From: Planctomycetota bacterium
GTDB taxonomy: Bacteria; Planctomycetota; JAJSAM01; JAJVHW01
NCBI GenBank assembly: GCA_021414065.1
Contig: JAIOPE010000161.1
Location: 1 to 40,299, forward strand
Length of the DNA stretch: 40,299 nt
Reading direction: 5' to 3'
Below the pieces are notes generated by a model. It saw only the letters and a list, made by a program, of their open reading frames with translations. It was not told the DNA's origin and made no database searches. Positions within the stretch are counted from its first letter, which is position 1. Each line of letters starts with the position of its first letter. This document shows, piece after piece, positions 5,507 through 15,068 of this stretch. A program made the translations under genes and the position numbers.

Positions 5507-7429
5507 ATGCACCGTGCCTCTCCAGCGCCGCGCCGGCCGTTCGCCTCCGCGACCGCAGTCCTCGTCGTCCCGGCGCTGGTCACGGCGCTCGCCGCCGGCG
5601 CGGCCGCGGGCACACCGCGCGGCCCCGCGTTCGGCTCGAACCGTTACAAGACCGAGATCACCCTCGCGAACGATGTCGACGACTACGTCACGCCGCTGAT
5701 CGCCGGGGAGAAGCTCACGCTGGCGGTCGCCGCCGACCGCTCCTCCGACCTCTTCCCCAACGTCACGGTGCTCGACCCGGACGGCACGGATCGAACACCG
5801 GCACTCTCGGTGAAGAAGGGGGGGGCGGCGGTCTCGTTCAGGTCGCTCGTCATCGACAAGACCGGCCCCTGGGTCGTCAGGCTGGCCGGCGACCACGGCA
5901 CGACCGGGACGTACACGGCGAAGTTCCAGGTCAAGGGGGCCCCGGCCGTGGTGCTCCGGAAGCAGACCATCGGCGGAGCGGACCCGCTCGAACGTGACCA
6001 CACGTTCCAGGGAGTCGAGGGGGCGCGGCTCACCGCGACCATCGCGATCGCGAAGGGCAGCACCGGCGGGGCGATCGGGTCCGTCGAGGACCCGTCGGGC
6101 GCGCCGATCGGGATCGGGCTCGGCAGGAAGCGCGGGAGCAAGACGACCCACGTGATCGAACCGCTCGGGACGGGGAACGGCGCGTACCTGCTCTCCGTGG
6201 ACGCCCCTGAGGGCCACGCGACCTACGACCTCTCCTTGCTCGTGGACGTGCCTTCGCGCCCGAAGGGGACGATCACGCTCTCGCCGCTCGAGCCGAAACT
6301 CCAGCCCATCGCCGGTCCGGTGGTGGGTAACTCCACGCAGGTGCTCCGGCTTTACGGCCAGAACTTCTCTCAACTGGCGAAGCCGGTCGTCTGGTTCGGC
6401 GACAAACGCGCCACCGTGCTGACCGTGGCGGTGCTCGGTTCGGCGGTGGACGTCGTTCCTCCGCCGAACCCGCAGGGCACCACCGTCAGCGTGTCGATCG
6501 TCAACCCCGACGGCCAGGCGGTCGTCGCCGACGACTACTTCCGGTACGCGATCCCCGAGCCGGCGGCGCTTGCGAAGATCACGCCCGGCACGGCCTCCGT
6601 CTACGCCGGGAAGTCCCTGCGGTACACGGTGTCGCTCTCGAAGGCAGTGTCCGGGGCCGACGCGACGATCGCGATCGAGGTCGCGGGCAGCGTCGGCTCG
6701 GCGCCGGTTTCGATCACGATCCCCGCCGGTTCGTCGTCGGCGGGCTTCGACCTCGCAGCGGCGAGCGTTCCGGCGTCCGGCACGGTCAGCGCCACGTACG
6801 GCACGGTCACGCTCGCTGCGAGCGTGAGTGTCATCCAACTCCCGACCGGTGGAGGCGGCGGAGGTGGCGGCGACCCGCCGCCTCCGCCGCTGCCGGACGA
6901 GATCGACATCTCGGGGTGGACCGTCGTCCAGGGGAACTCCGCCCGGACGTTCACGATTCCCGCGGGCACGAAACTGAAACAGGGGGACTACGTCGTGATC
7001 GGCCGCGCGACGGGGCAGACCTCGTTCCAGACCTACTGGGGCACCATCCTCACGCCGAATGTCCACTACCTGACCGCCGACCCGACCAACACGTCGGCGA
7101 GCACCGACGACTGGCCGTCGATCAATGGCGGCGAGACGTACGAGGTGCGCGACGCGACGGGCACGTCGGTCGACGGCGCCTCCGCCGCGATGGGCGCCGC
7201 GGCGGGCGAGAACTGGCAGCGCACGGCCGGTCAGGCGGCCTCCGTGAAGGCGTCGTGGACGGTCTCGACGACGGTGACGCCGGGCTCGGCGCCGACGCCG
7301 GGGACCGGGCAGGCGCCGTCCACGACGAAGCACGGCGTCTACATCAGCGAGTTCTCCGACACGACCGGCGCGGGCAACTTCGTCTACGAGTTCGTCGAGT
7401 TGCACTTCGACGGACTCCTCGGGCAGTAG
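5507..7429 (+). CDS. Secreted multidomain protein with an IPT/TIG-like domain, a Gly8-Pro5 linker and a C-terminal lamin-tail (LTD) domain
   Basis: Signal peptide MHRASPAPRRPFASATAVLVVPALVTALAAGAAAG; C-terminal VYISEF...NFVYEFVELHFDG resembles the LTD EFVEL motif; consistent coding composition across 640 aa. Confidence 0.8.
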   Translation: MHRASPAPRRPFASATAVLVVPALVTALAAGAAAGTPRGPAFGSNRYKTEITLANDVDDYVTPLIAGEKLTLAVAADRSSDLFPNVTVLDPDGTDRTPALSVKKGGAAVSFRSLVIDKTGPWVVRLAGDHGTTGTYTAKFQVKGAPAVVLRKQTIGGADPLERDHTFQGVEGARLTATIAIAKGSTGGAIGSVEDPSGAPIGIGLGRKRGSKTTHVIEPLGTGNGAYLLSVDAPEGHATYDLSLLVDVPSRPKGTITLSPLEPKLQPIAGPVVGNSTQVLRLYGQNFSQLAKPVVWFGDKRATVLTVAVLGSAVDVVPPPNPQGTTVSVSIVNPDGQAVVADDYFRYAIPEPAALAKITPGTASVYAGKSLRYTVSLSKAVSGADATIAIEVAGSVGSAPVSITIPAGSSSAGFDLAAASVPASGTVSATYGTVTLAASVSVIQLPTGGGGGGGGDPPPPPLPDEIDISGWTVVQGNSARTFTIPAGTKLKQGDYVVIGRATGQTSFQTYWGTILTPNVHYLTADPTNTSASTDDWPSINGGETYEVRDATGTSVDGASAAMGAAAGENWQRTAGQAASVKASWTVSTTVTPGSAPTPGTGQAPSTTKHGVYISEFSDTTGAGNFVYEFVELHFDGLLGQ

Positions 7430-7437
7430 GGGGCGAC

Positions 7438-7956
7438 GTGCCGATCCTTCGCGTCGGGAACGTGTACATCGCCGACACGGCGCGCGTGACCGGGTTCGTC
7501 ACGCTCGGCCGCGACGTGAACCTGTGGTACGGGGTCGTCGTCCGCGGCGACGTCGCCCCGATCACGATCGGCGAGGCGACGAACGTGCAGGACGGATCGA
7601 TTCTCCACTGCGAGCGCGACGAACCGCTCGTCGTTGGGCCCAACGTCTCCGTGGGACACGAGGCGGTCGTCCACTGCGCGTCGGTCGGCGAGGGCTCGCT
7701 CATCGGGATCGGCGCGCGGGTTCTCGCGGGGGCGGTGATCGGCAAGGGATGTCTGGTCGCCGCCGGCGCCGTCGTTCCGCCCCGGATGGTGGTCCCGGAC
7801 GGCATGTGCGTGATGGGCCTCCCGGCCCGCGTCGTGCGCGCCGTCAGCGCGAAGGAGCGCAAGTACCTCGCAGACGTGCCGCCCGGCTACGTGCTGCTCG
7901 CGCGTCACCACGCCGACGACCCCCACGCCCCGTACGTCCGTCCGTACTCGGGCTGA
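7438..7956 (+). CDS. Gamma-carbonic-anhydrase-like hexapeptide-repeat protein (YrdA/PaaY/CaiE family); GTG start
   Basis: Left-handed beta-helix hexapeptide repeats and the ...MCVMGLPARVVRAV... tail; AGGGGG Shine-Dalgarno before the GTG. Confidence 0.85.
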   Translation: MPILRVGNVYIADTARVTGFVTLGRDVNLWYGVVVRGDVAPITIGEATNVQDGSILHCERDEPLVVGPNVSVGHEAVVHCASVGEGSLIGIGARVLAGAVIGKGCLVAAGAVVPPRMVVPDGMCVMGLPARVVRAVSAKERKYLADVPPGYVLLARHHADDPHAPYVRPYSG

Positions 7957-7973
7957 GAGGGGCGCGCGGAGGA

Positions 7974-10805
7974 TCAGTCGGTGCCGAGCGGACCCAGATC
8001 GGTGAGCTCCGCGAGTTTCCGCTCGCAGTCCGCGAGGCACGTGCAGTCGGCCTCGTGGCTGAGATCCTCCGGGCGGTGGGCGCGGTAGATCTCGACGTTC
8101 GCCGCGTAGAGGCGGCGGGCCTCGTCGCGCTGCGCGGGGTCGGCGCGGTCGAGCAGATCGGCGTGGACCTCGCGTACGTTGCCGAGCAGTCCGAGCGCGT
8201 CGAGGTCGCCGGGTGCCGCCGCGCACGCTGCCTCGCACAGCCCCAGGGCCTCGCGCGCGGGGGCACGGGCGTCGTCGGTCCGCCCCGCATCGCGCAGCGC
8301 AGAGGCGAGCCCGTAGATCGACCATCGCAGCGCGCGGGCGTCGTCCGCATACCGACCGTCGTCGTGCTGACCGCTGTCTCGCTGACTGGGCGCGGGGGCG
8401 GCGAGTTCGCGGCGGATGCCGACCTCGTTCGTGATCGCGAGAATCGACTCGTCGGTCAGACCCGCGGACTTCGCGGCGAAGTGAATCGCGTTGTGCGAGA
8501 TCGCGAGCGCGCGACGCAGACTCTCGTCCGCAGGGTTCTCGAGAACGAGGCCGTCGTCGATCGCGAGCGCCTCGCGGAGCGGAACGAGGGCGCGCTCCGC
8601 CGCTGCGCGTCGGCCGTCGGCCGCGCCGGAACCGGAGTTGTCACTCGCATCTGCGCTCGACGTGCCACCTGCGGCTTCGCTCGCACCGGCGCGATTGCCC
8701 GCCGCGGCGAGAATCTCGCGGCCGAGGGCGTCGAGTGCCGTCGAGAGGCTCCGCAGCGGCGGCACTTCCCCCGGTGCGGCGCCGACGCGGCGGCGGCAGG
8801 TCGCGACTGCGGCGCGCCGATGACGCAGCGCCGCGTCGTGGTCTCCGATGCGCGACCGCAACTCCGCGGCCTCGCCCTGCCGTGAGGCCAACGACGCGTG
8901 CCGGGCGTCGTCGCCCGGCTCCACCTCTACCTGCCGCGCCACGCACTCGGCCTCACGTTCGGCCGACTCGGCCGCCCCCCGGAGATCTCCGCGTTCCTCG
9001 AGAAGGTCGCCGCGCACGTCGTGGACGGCGGACGCCAGCGCCAGCCAGTCGACGGACTCCGGCTCCCGCTCCAGAGCGGCGTCCGCGAGTGCGGCGGCCG
9101 TGGCGAGTTCGTTTTCCGAGCCGACGATGTCGCCCGCCCGGCCGAGGGCCTGAGCGAGACGCCGGTGGTCCCAGCCGACGAGACGCAGGAGCCCGTCGTT
9201 CCCGGGTTCGTCCCGGAGGAGGTCCTCGCGGCCGGCGATCGCCTGGCGAAGGTGGGGCACCGCCTCCGACGGCCGGCCGCGGAGGACGAGGCACTGCCCG
9301 AGCCGCGCGTGCGCGACGATTCTCCCGACGCGCAGATTGCGCGGTGCACCCGGCCGCGCGGCGCAGCGTTCGGCGGTCGCCACCGCGTCTCGGAACACCG
9401 ACTCCGCGTCGTTCTCGCGACCGTGTTCCCCGAAGAGTCCGCCGAGGCGACCGAGCGACGTGAGCAGCAAGTCTGCGGCGCCTGCGTGGTCGGGGACGCG
9501 CGACGAGACGGTGCGGCGGACATCGGCAAGGCGCCCGCACGCCGCGAGTTCGCCGTCGGCGTCGCCGGTCGCCGCGCGCGCGTCGGCGAGTCGGTCGAGC
9601 GCATGGCCGAGGCTCGCCGCCGCGTCGAGATCGCCGTCCTGGTCCGTCGCGAGGCGTGCGCACGACGCCTCAAGTTCGACGACCGCCGCTGCCGCGTCGC
9701 CGCTCGCGAGCAGCGCGCTCCCGAGGTCGAGCCGCGCGCGGCCCTCGGCCGTCGCATCGCCCGGAAAGAGCTGCACGGCGGCATCGAGTCGAAGCCGATA
9801 GGCATCGATCGCCGCCGTCGCGTCGCCCGCGTCCATGCGCAGGTCGCCCATCTCCTCGTGACGTCGCACGAGTTGCCGCGTCGCCTCGGTGTCTCCCGGC
9901 TCGAGCGAAACGATCGCTTCGGTCAGGAATGTGGCCCGCTCCAGCTCCGCGATGGCAGCCGCGAAGCTGCCGGACTCGCGGAGGACGACACCCGCCATCG
10001 CGTGCGTCGTTGCGAGGTCCTTCTGCCACCGCACCTCGCTCGGGGCGCCCGCCGCGACGGACTCGAGCAGGCGCGTGGCCTCGCCGAGAGCGGCCAGCGA
10101 GCGGTCCCACTCGCCCGTGTCGCGGAGCGTCCACGCCAGGTCGCGCAGCGCCGCCGAGACCCCCGCGGCGACCGCGCTGTCGCTCGTCGCCAGTCGTTGG
10201 ATCTGGCGCGTGCGAGCGAGCACTGCTTCGCGCTCGACCACGGCGTCCGCCGTGTCGCCGAGTCGCGACCGGATCGAGGCCAGCGTCTCGTGCGCGTCGG
10301 CCGAGACGGCGAGCGCGCGGCCCTCCTCCGGGTCGGCTGCGGCACAGGCGTCGGCGATCCGTGCGGCCGTCGTGCCCTCCGCGACCGCCTCGGCGAGCCG
10401 GCCCGACGCACCCAGGTAATCCGCGCACCGGACGTGCAGGGCAGCGATCGAGCCGCCGCGCTCTCGGTGGAGCGGGTCGATCGACGCCGCGGCGACGTGG
10501 TGGCCGATGGCCTCGCGTGTCGCTTCGATCGCGTCGTCGAGGCGGCCCGCCCTGGCGTGGCAACGGCCTTCGGCGGCCAGGCACCTGCCGAAGTCGTCTC
10601 GCACCTCCGCGCTCGACGGCAGTCGAGCCGAGGTCTCCGCCAGCTCCGCGCGGATGCCTCGCAGCACCGCCAGCGACGCCTCGGCGTCGGAGGTGTCTGC
10701 GGCGTCCACGGCCCGGTCGAGACGATCGTCGAGACCGTCGCCCTCTGCGTCGCGGTCGCCCTGCATGTCGCCGGCGTCGAACCCGCCGGCGTCGTCGGAC
10801 GTCAT
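7974..10805 (-). CDS. Large (943 aa) TPR/alpha-solenoid repeat protein, translationally coupled to the upstream ABC-F gene
   Basis: ATGA overlap with the ABC-F stop (10802-10805); long array of Ala/Leu-rich helical repeats; no nucleotide-binding motif recognisable. Confidence 0.75.
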   Translation of the reverse strand: MTSDDAGGFDAGDMQGDRDAEGDGLDDRLDRAVDAADTSDAEASLAVLRGIRAELAETSARLPSSAEVRDDFGRCLAAEGRCHARAGRLDDAIEATREAIGHHVAAASIDPLHRERGGSIAALHVRCADYLGASGRLAEAVAEGTTAARIADACAAADPEEGRALAVSADAHETLASIRSRLGDTADAVVEREAVLARTRQIQRLATSDSAVAAGVSAALRDLAWTLRDTGEWDRSLAALGEATRLLESVAAGAPSEVRWQKDLATTHAMAGVVLRESGSFAAAIAELERATFLTEAIVSLEPGDTEATRQLVRRHEEMGDLRMDAGDATAAIDAYRLRLDAAVQLFPGDATAEGRARLDLGSALLASGDAAAAVVELEASCARLATDQDGDLDAAASLGHALDRLADARAATGDADGELAACGRLADVRRTVSSRVPDHAGAADLLLTSLGRLGGLFGEHGRENDAESVFRDAVATAERCAARPGAPRNLRVGRIVAHARLGQCLVLRGRPSEAVPHLRQAIAGREDLLRDEPGNDGLLRLVGWDHRRLAQALGRAGDIVGSENELATAAALADAALEREPESVDWLALASAVHDVRGDLLEERGDLRGAAESAEREAECVARQVEVEPGDDARHASLASRQGEAAELRSRIGDHDAALRHRRAAVATCRRRVGAAPGEVPPLRSLSTALDALGREILAAAGNRAGASEAAGGTSSADASDNSGSGAADGRRAAAERALVPLREALAIDDGLVLENPADESLRRALAISHNAIHFAAKSAGLTDESILAITNEVGIRRELAAPAPSQRDSGQHDDGRYADDARALRWSIYGLASALRDAGRTDDARAPAREALGLCEAACAAAPGDLDALGLLGNVREVHADLLDRADPAQRDEARRLYAANVEIYRAHRPEDLSHEADCTCLADCERKLAELTDLGPLGTD

Positions 10806-12748
10806 CTCTGCGACTCGATCTTCTCGCTCAGGTCGAGCCACTCGGACTCGGCGAACGCCATCTCGCGCTCGACTTCCTGGACCTGCGCGTACAGGTTCGG
10901 ACGGTAGTTCGCCGGGTCGTGCTCGAGTTCCGCGTGCAGTTCCGTGCGCCGCGCCTCGAGGGTGGCCATCTTCTGGTCCACCTTCTTGCGCGCGTTCTCG
11001 AGCCGCGCGAGCTCTGCGCGCCGGTGGCGATGATCGACCGGCGCCTGCGCGGGGGCCTGCGCGACGGGCTTCACCGACTGCGGCGGAGAGGACTGCGGGC
11101 GGGCCTGGGCGGCGGGAGCGGCGGAGGTTCCGCCCTGCTGTGCGGGCTTCGCCTGGGGCGGGTTCCGCTTCGGCGGATTCGCAGTCCGTGCGGGGGCGGC
11201 TCCCGCGGTACCGGTCGTCGCGCCGGCGGCCGCCTTCTTCGCGCGGCCGCCGTCCTGCACGTCGCGCGAGCGCTTCTCGAGCTCCTCGACGTAGTCGGCG
11301 TACGTTCCCGGCACGACGCGGACGCGGCCGTCGGCGACCTCCACGATCTCCGTGGCCACCATGTTCACGAACGTGCGGTCGTGGCTGATGAAGACCACGG
11401 TGCCGGCGAAGTCGCGTAGTGCCGTGCCCAACGCTTCGACGGTCTCGAAGTCGAGGTGGTTCGTCGGCTCGTCGAGCAGCAGGACCGGGCGTTTCATGAG
11501 CAGCATGCCCGCGAGGCAGAGCCGCGCGCGTTCGCCCCCGGAGAGCACGCGGACCGGCTTCAGGACGTCGTCGCCGGGGAACAGGAACGCGCCCGCGAGG
11601 TCGAGGATCGCCTGGCGGAGGACGTCCTTCGCGGCGCACCGCTCGAGGTGCGACTTCACGGTGTCGTCCGGGTGGAGCGCGTGGTAGACGTGCTGCGCGT
11701 AGACGCCGATCTCGAGGTTCGGCGCGCGCCAGACGGAGCCCTGGACGGTGGCCAGGTCGCCCGCGAGCGTGCGGAGCAGCGTCGTCTTGCCCTGGCCGTT
11801 GTCGCCGACGATCGCGATGCGCGCGCCGCGTTCGACGTGCATGCTCACGTTCTTCGCCACGACGCGGTCGGGGTAGCCGATCGAGACATCTTCGAGTCCG
11901 AGCGCGGCGCCGCGCTTCACCTCGACTTGCGGGATGCGGATGCGCACCGTGGCCAGCGGGTTCGCGATCGCGATCGGCTGGAGGCGTTCGATGGCCTTGC
12001 GCTTCGACTGCGCCTGCGTGGCCTTCGACGCCTTCGCGCCGAACCGGTCCACGAACGTCTGCAGGTGCGCGCGCCGCGACTCGATGGCCAAATTCGTGCG
12101 TCGGGCGACGTCCATCTGCTCCGCTTGCCAGCCGAAGAACTCCTCGACGTCGCCCGGGTAGAGCGTGAGCAGTCCGCGTTCGACCGACAGCGTGTGGTCG
12201 CAGGTGCGCTTCAGGAATTCGCGGTCGTGCGACACGATCATCGCCCCGCCGCGGAAGTCGGCGAGGAAGCCCTGGAGCAGCATCACGGTCGAGAGGTCGA
12301 GGAAGTTCGTCGGCTCGTCGAGCACGAGGAAGTCGGGGTCCGCGAGGAGCATCGCCGCGAGCTTCACGCGCGTGCGCCAGCCACCGGGCAGTTCGCCCAT
12401 CTTGCGGTCGAGCACCTCGCCGCGCAGCCCGAGCTTGCCCGCGACCTCGCCGCAGCGCCACTCCGGCTTCTCGGTGCGACGCTCGAGGTACGCGATCGGC
12501 GTCTCGTCCACCGTGAATGCGTCGTGCTGCTCCAGGTATCCGATGCGTACGCCGTCGGAGATGATCACGTCGCCCGAGTCCGCTTCCTCGAGTCCGAGGA
12601 TGATCCGGCAGAGCGTGGACTTGCCGGCGCCGTTGCGCCCGAGCACGCCGACCTTCGCGCCGTCGGGGATGGCTGTGGAGCCCCCGTCGAGCACGCGGAC
12701 TGCGCCGTACGTCTTAGTCAGGTTGCGAACTTGGACGGATACGCTCAT
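10802..12748 (-). CDS. ABC-F family ATPase (Uup/YheS/EttA-like translation factor), 648 aa
   Basis: Two complete ABC cassettes: Walker A GRNGAGKST and GDNGQGKTT; signatures LPGGWRTR and LSGGERAR; Walker B LVLDEPTN and LLLDEPTN; PAQ-rich linker and C-terminal coiled coil. Confidence 0.9.
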   Translation of the reverse strand: MSVSVQVRNLTKTYGAVRVLDGGSTAIPDGAKVGVLGRNGAGKSTLCRIILGLEEADSGDVIISDGVRIGYLEQHDAFTVDETPIAYLERRTEKPEWRCGEVAGKLGLRGEVLDRKMGELPGGWRTRVKLAAMLLADPDFLVLDEPTNFLDLSTVMLLQGFLADFRGGAMIVSHDREFLKRTCDHTLSVERGLLTLYPGDVEEFFGWQAEQMDVARRTNLAIESRRAHLQTFVDRFGAKASKATQAQSKRKAIERLQPIAIANPLATVRIRIPQVEVKRGAALGLEDVSIGYPDRVVAKNVSMHVERGARIAIVGDNGQGKTTLLRTLAGDLATVQGSVWRAPNLEIGVYAQHVYHALHPDDTVKSHLERCAAKDVLRQAILDLAGAFLFPGDDVLKPVRVLSGGERARLCLAGMLLMKRPVLLLDEPTNHLDFETVEALGTALRDFAGTVVFISHDRTFVNMVATEIVEVADGRVRVVPGTYADYVEELEKRSRDVQDGGRAKKAAAGATTGTAGAAPARTANPPKRNPPQAKPAQQGGTSAAPAAQARPQSSPPQSVKPVAQAPAQAPVDHRHRRAELARLENARKKVDQKMATLEARRTELHAELEHDPANYRPNLYAQVQEVEREMAFAESEWLDLSEKIESQR

Positions 12749-12763
12749 GGGGGGAGAGAGCGT

Positions 12764-13219
12764 ATGACGTTCACGGCGCGGGCTCACGTCTTCGACGGGC
12801 GGGCCAGGGGGGCTACGCTCCGGGGCGTGCCGATTTTCACTCCCGGGCGCCGCAGACTGCTCGTTGCGTTCGCCGCCGGAGCGGTGCTCGCGCCGGGTTG
12901 GAGCGGGCGCCTGGTGCCGGTGGACCACGACCTGCTGCTCGACGAGGCCGGGCGATCGCACAACCAGACCGGCGTGACGCGGCCCGGTGCCGCGCCCGGC
13001 GAGGAGTGGCACCTCCAGTACCTCGACTCGTGGCCTGCGCGGGTGCTCGACGAGTTCGGGCTCCGCGCGCGGTCGTCGTGGCTCGTGCCACCGGACTTCG
13101 TCGCACACATTCCGGCCGGATCCGCCCGGGCCGACGGCTACTACCGGAACGTCACGTCGTGGCACTGGCCGTGGTGGCGCCCCGGCGGCGGCGTCGCGTG
13201 GGAGGTTCCCACCAACTGA
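12764..13219 (+). CDS. Hypothetical exported protein (151 aa, Trp-rich C-terminus)
   Basis: GC3-rich codon usage; diverges from the ABC-F gene; no recognisable motif. Confidence 0.5.
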   Translation: MTFTARAHVFDGRARGATLRGVPIFTPGRRRLLVAFAAGAVLAPGWSGRLVPVDHDLLLDEAGRSHNQTGVTRPGAAPGEEWHLQYLDSWPARVLDEFGLRARSSWLVPPDFVAHIPAGSARADGYYRNVTSWHWPWWRPGGGVAWEVPTN

Positions 13220-13405
13220 CGGCAGGCGTCCCCGGACGAGGTCGGCGGCGGGTGGACATGTCTCCCGCCGAGGACACGCCACGAGCCCGGCAGGCGCGGC
13301 ACCGCAGGTGCAGGAAATGACGCTGGAAACCGGCCCGTCCGTGCCGGACCATCCACGGGTGCTTGACCTTCGAACGTGAAGCGACCCCAAGAACGGGAGA
13401 CGACC

Positions 13406-14974
13406 ATGCGAATGCGTACCAAGCTCGCCCTGACCACGCTCGCGATCGCGACGACCTTTGCCTGCGGCGTGGCGGAGTCGCCCGTCGGCGCCCGCTTCGC
13501 CGGCACGGCCTACGCCCAGCAGAAGCCGGAAGTCGATCTGGCCGGCGAGTGGGACAAGGCCCACGAGACCGCGCTCCGTGAGTCGGCGAAGGCCTACGAG
13601 ACGCTCTACAAGTGGTGCAAGGACAAGAAGCTCGACTTCACCGCGATCGGTGCCCGGCGCCTCATCCTCCGTTACGACCCGGAGAACGAAGAGGTCCGCA
13701 AGTTCGTCGGCTACATGAAGACCCCCGACGGCAAGTGGGAGCGCAACGAGGCCCGCCGCGACTCGATCCGCGAAGAGGCGGACATCGAGGACCCGAAGGC
13801 GCAGAAGTACCCCGAGAAGGAGCTCTCGACGAACAAGTCGGTTCTCGGCAAGTGGAAGGGCCTCGCACAGAAGGCGAAGAAGAACGGCGAGGACGCCGCG
13901 AAGGTCGACCCGACCGCGGCCGAGCCGTGGGCGAAGAAGGCCGCGCTGGCCTGGGAGCGCGTGCTCCAGGTTGACTCGTCGAACGAAGAGGCCCACAAGT
14001 CGCTCCAGCACCCGAAGTTCGGCGGCAAGTACGTCCGCCCGGAGGCGGTCCCCTTCCTGAAGATGCGCGACGAGCGCAAGCAGGGCGGACTGAAGCGCGC
14101 GGCCCTGCCGTTCAAGACCGAGACCATCGACATGGACGGCCTGCTCAAGGCGGCCGGCCTGACCGGCGGCGCCGCGAAGTCGGAGCACGTCGAGATCAAC
14201 ACCGTCCACGGCAAGGAAGTCGCCGCGCGGCTGTGCACCTGGGCAGAGCGCGCGCTGACCGACTTCGTCGAGATCTACGGCGTGGACGCCGACGTGAAGA
14301 ACCGTCTCGGCATGAACAAGTTCGACGTCGTGAAGGACAAGACCGAGCTGGAGAAGATCTCCGCCGCCGGTGGCTGGCCCGCGGCGAAGGTCGCTGAGTA
14401 CACGAAGTACTTCGGCGGCTACCAGATCGTCCCCGGCCAGTACGCTTCCACGAACTCCGCCGGCGCCGACGCCGACGACAGCGTGATGCACCGCATCGGC
14501 CACGTGGTCGGTGAGGCCGCGCGCAACATGGCGATCCAGGACGTCGGCTCGCCGAACGGCGGGATCGAGGACTACCTGCAGGAGACGATCGCGTACGACC
14601 TGACGCGCCGCCTCACCGGCACGACGCTCACGACCTGCGGCACGTTCGGCAAGTACGGCATGGACATCGAGCCGAACCCGAACCGCGACATCTGGATCGA
14701 GCTCGCCAAGCGCCAGGTCGAGTACGACGACGACGTGCCGCTCGCGACGCGCCTCTGGAAGGTGTCGCTCCAGAACCAGGACCTGAAGGGCCCGGAGACC
14801 GTGAAGGGCTACGCCCTCATCCAGTTCCTCTTCGAGTCCGACGTCGAGAAGGGCCGGAAGTTCGTCTGGACGGCGCTCGCCCAGGGCACGCCGAAGGCCG
14901 TCGAGACCGTCTACGGCATCACGATGGAGGAGCTCGACGCGCAGTACCGCGACTGGATCTTGAAGTCCTGGTAG
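13406..14974 (+). CDS. Secreted Lys-rich hypothetical protein (522 aa)
   Basis: Signal peptide MRMRTKLALTTLAIATTFACG; GGGAGA Shine-Dalgarno; lysine is about 10 % of residues, unlike the Arg-dominated neighbouring proteins. Confidence 0.8.
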   Translation: MRMRTKLALTTLAIATTFACGVAESPVGARFAGTAYAQQKPEVDLAGEWDKAHETALRESAKAYETLYKWCKDKKLDFTAIGARRLILRYDPENEEVRKFVGYMKTPDGKWERNEARRDSIREEADIEDPKAQKYPEKELSTNKSVLGKWKGLAQKAKKNGEDAAKVDPTAAEPWAKKAALAWERVLQVDSSNEEAHKSLQHPKFGGKYVRPEAVPFLKMRDERKQGGLKRAALPFKTETIDMDGLLKAAGLTGGAAKSEHVEINTVHGKEVAARLCTWAERALTDFVEIYGVDADVKNRLGMNKFDVVKDKTELEKISAAGGWPAAKVAEYTKYFGGYQIVPGQYASTNSAGADADDSVMHRIGHVVGEAARNMAIQDVGSPNGGIEDYLQETIAYDLTRRLTGTTLTTCGTFGKYGMDIEPNPNRDIWIELAKRQVEYDDDVPLATRLWKVSLQNQDLKGPETVKGYALIQFLFESDVEKGRKFVWTALAQGTPKAVETVYGITMEELDAQYRDWILKSW

Positions 14975-14994
14975 CGGCGTAGCGCTCGGTGTTC

Positions 14995-15033
14995 GAGGGG
15001 GATGATCCGGCAACTGTCCGGACCATCCCCCTC
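14995..15033 (+). terminator. 16-bp stem / 7-nt loop hairpin followed by TCGATTCCCG, 20 nt after the stop of the secreted protein gene
   Basis: gagggggatgatccgg-caactgt-ccggaccatccccctc with one mismatch in the stem. Confidence 0.55.
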
Positions 15034-15068
15034 TTCGATTCCCGCGGTGCCGCGCGTACTCTCACGCC

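Noticed and set aside
4961-7405. 814-aa ORF on the minus strand
   Set aside because: Antisense to the well-supported secreted lamin-tail-domain protein gene. Extremely Arg/Gly/Asp-rich low-complexity translation typical of the wrong frame in high-GC DNA.
8735-10907. Multiple 200-670-aa Arg/Ser/Pro-rich ORFs in several frames (8735..9463, 8898..10907, 9656..11419 and others)
   Set aside because: They overlap the large TPR and ABC-F genes in other frames or strands; low-complexity translations; no start-site signals.
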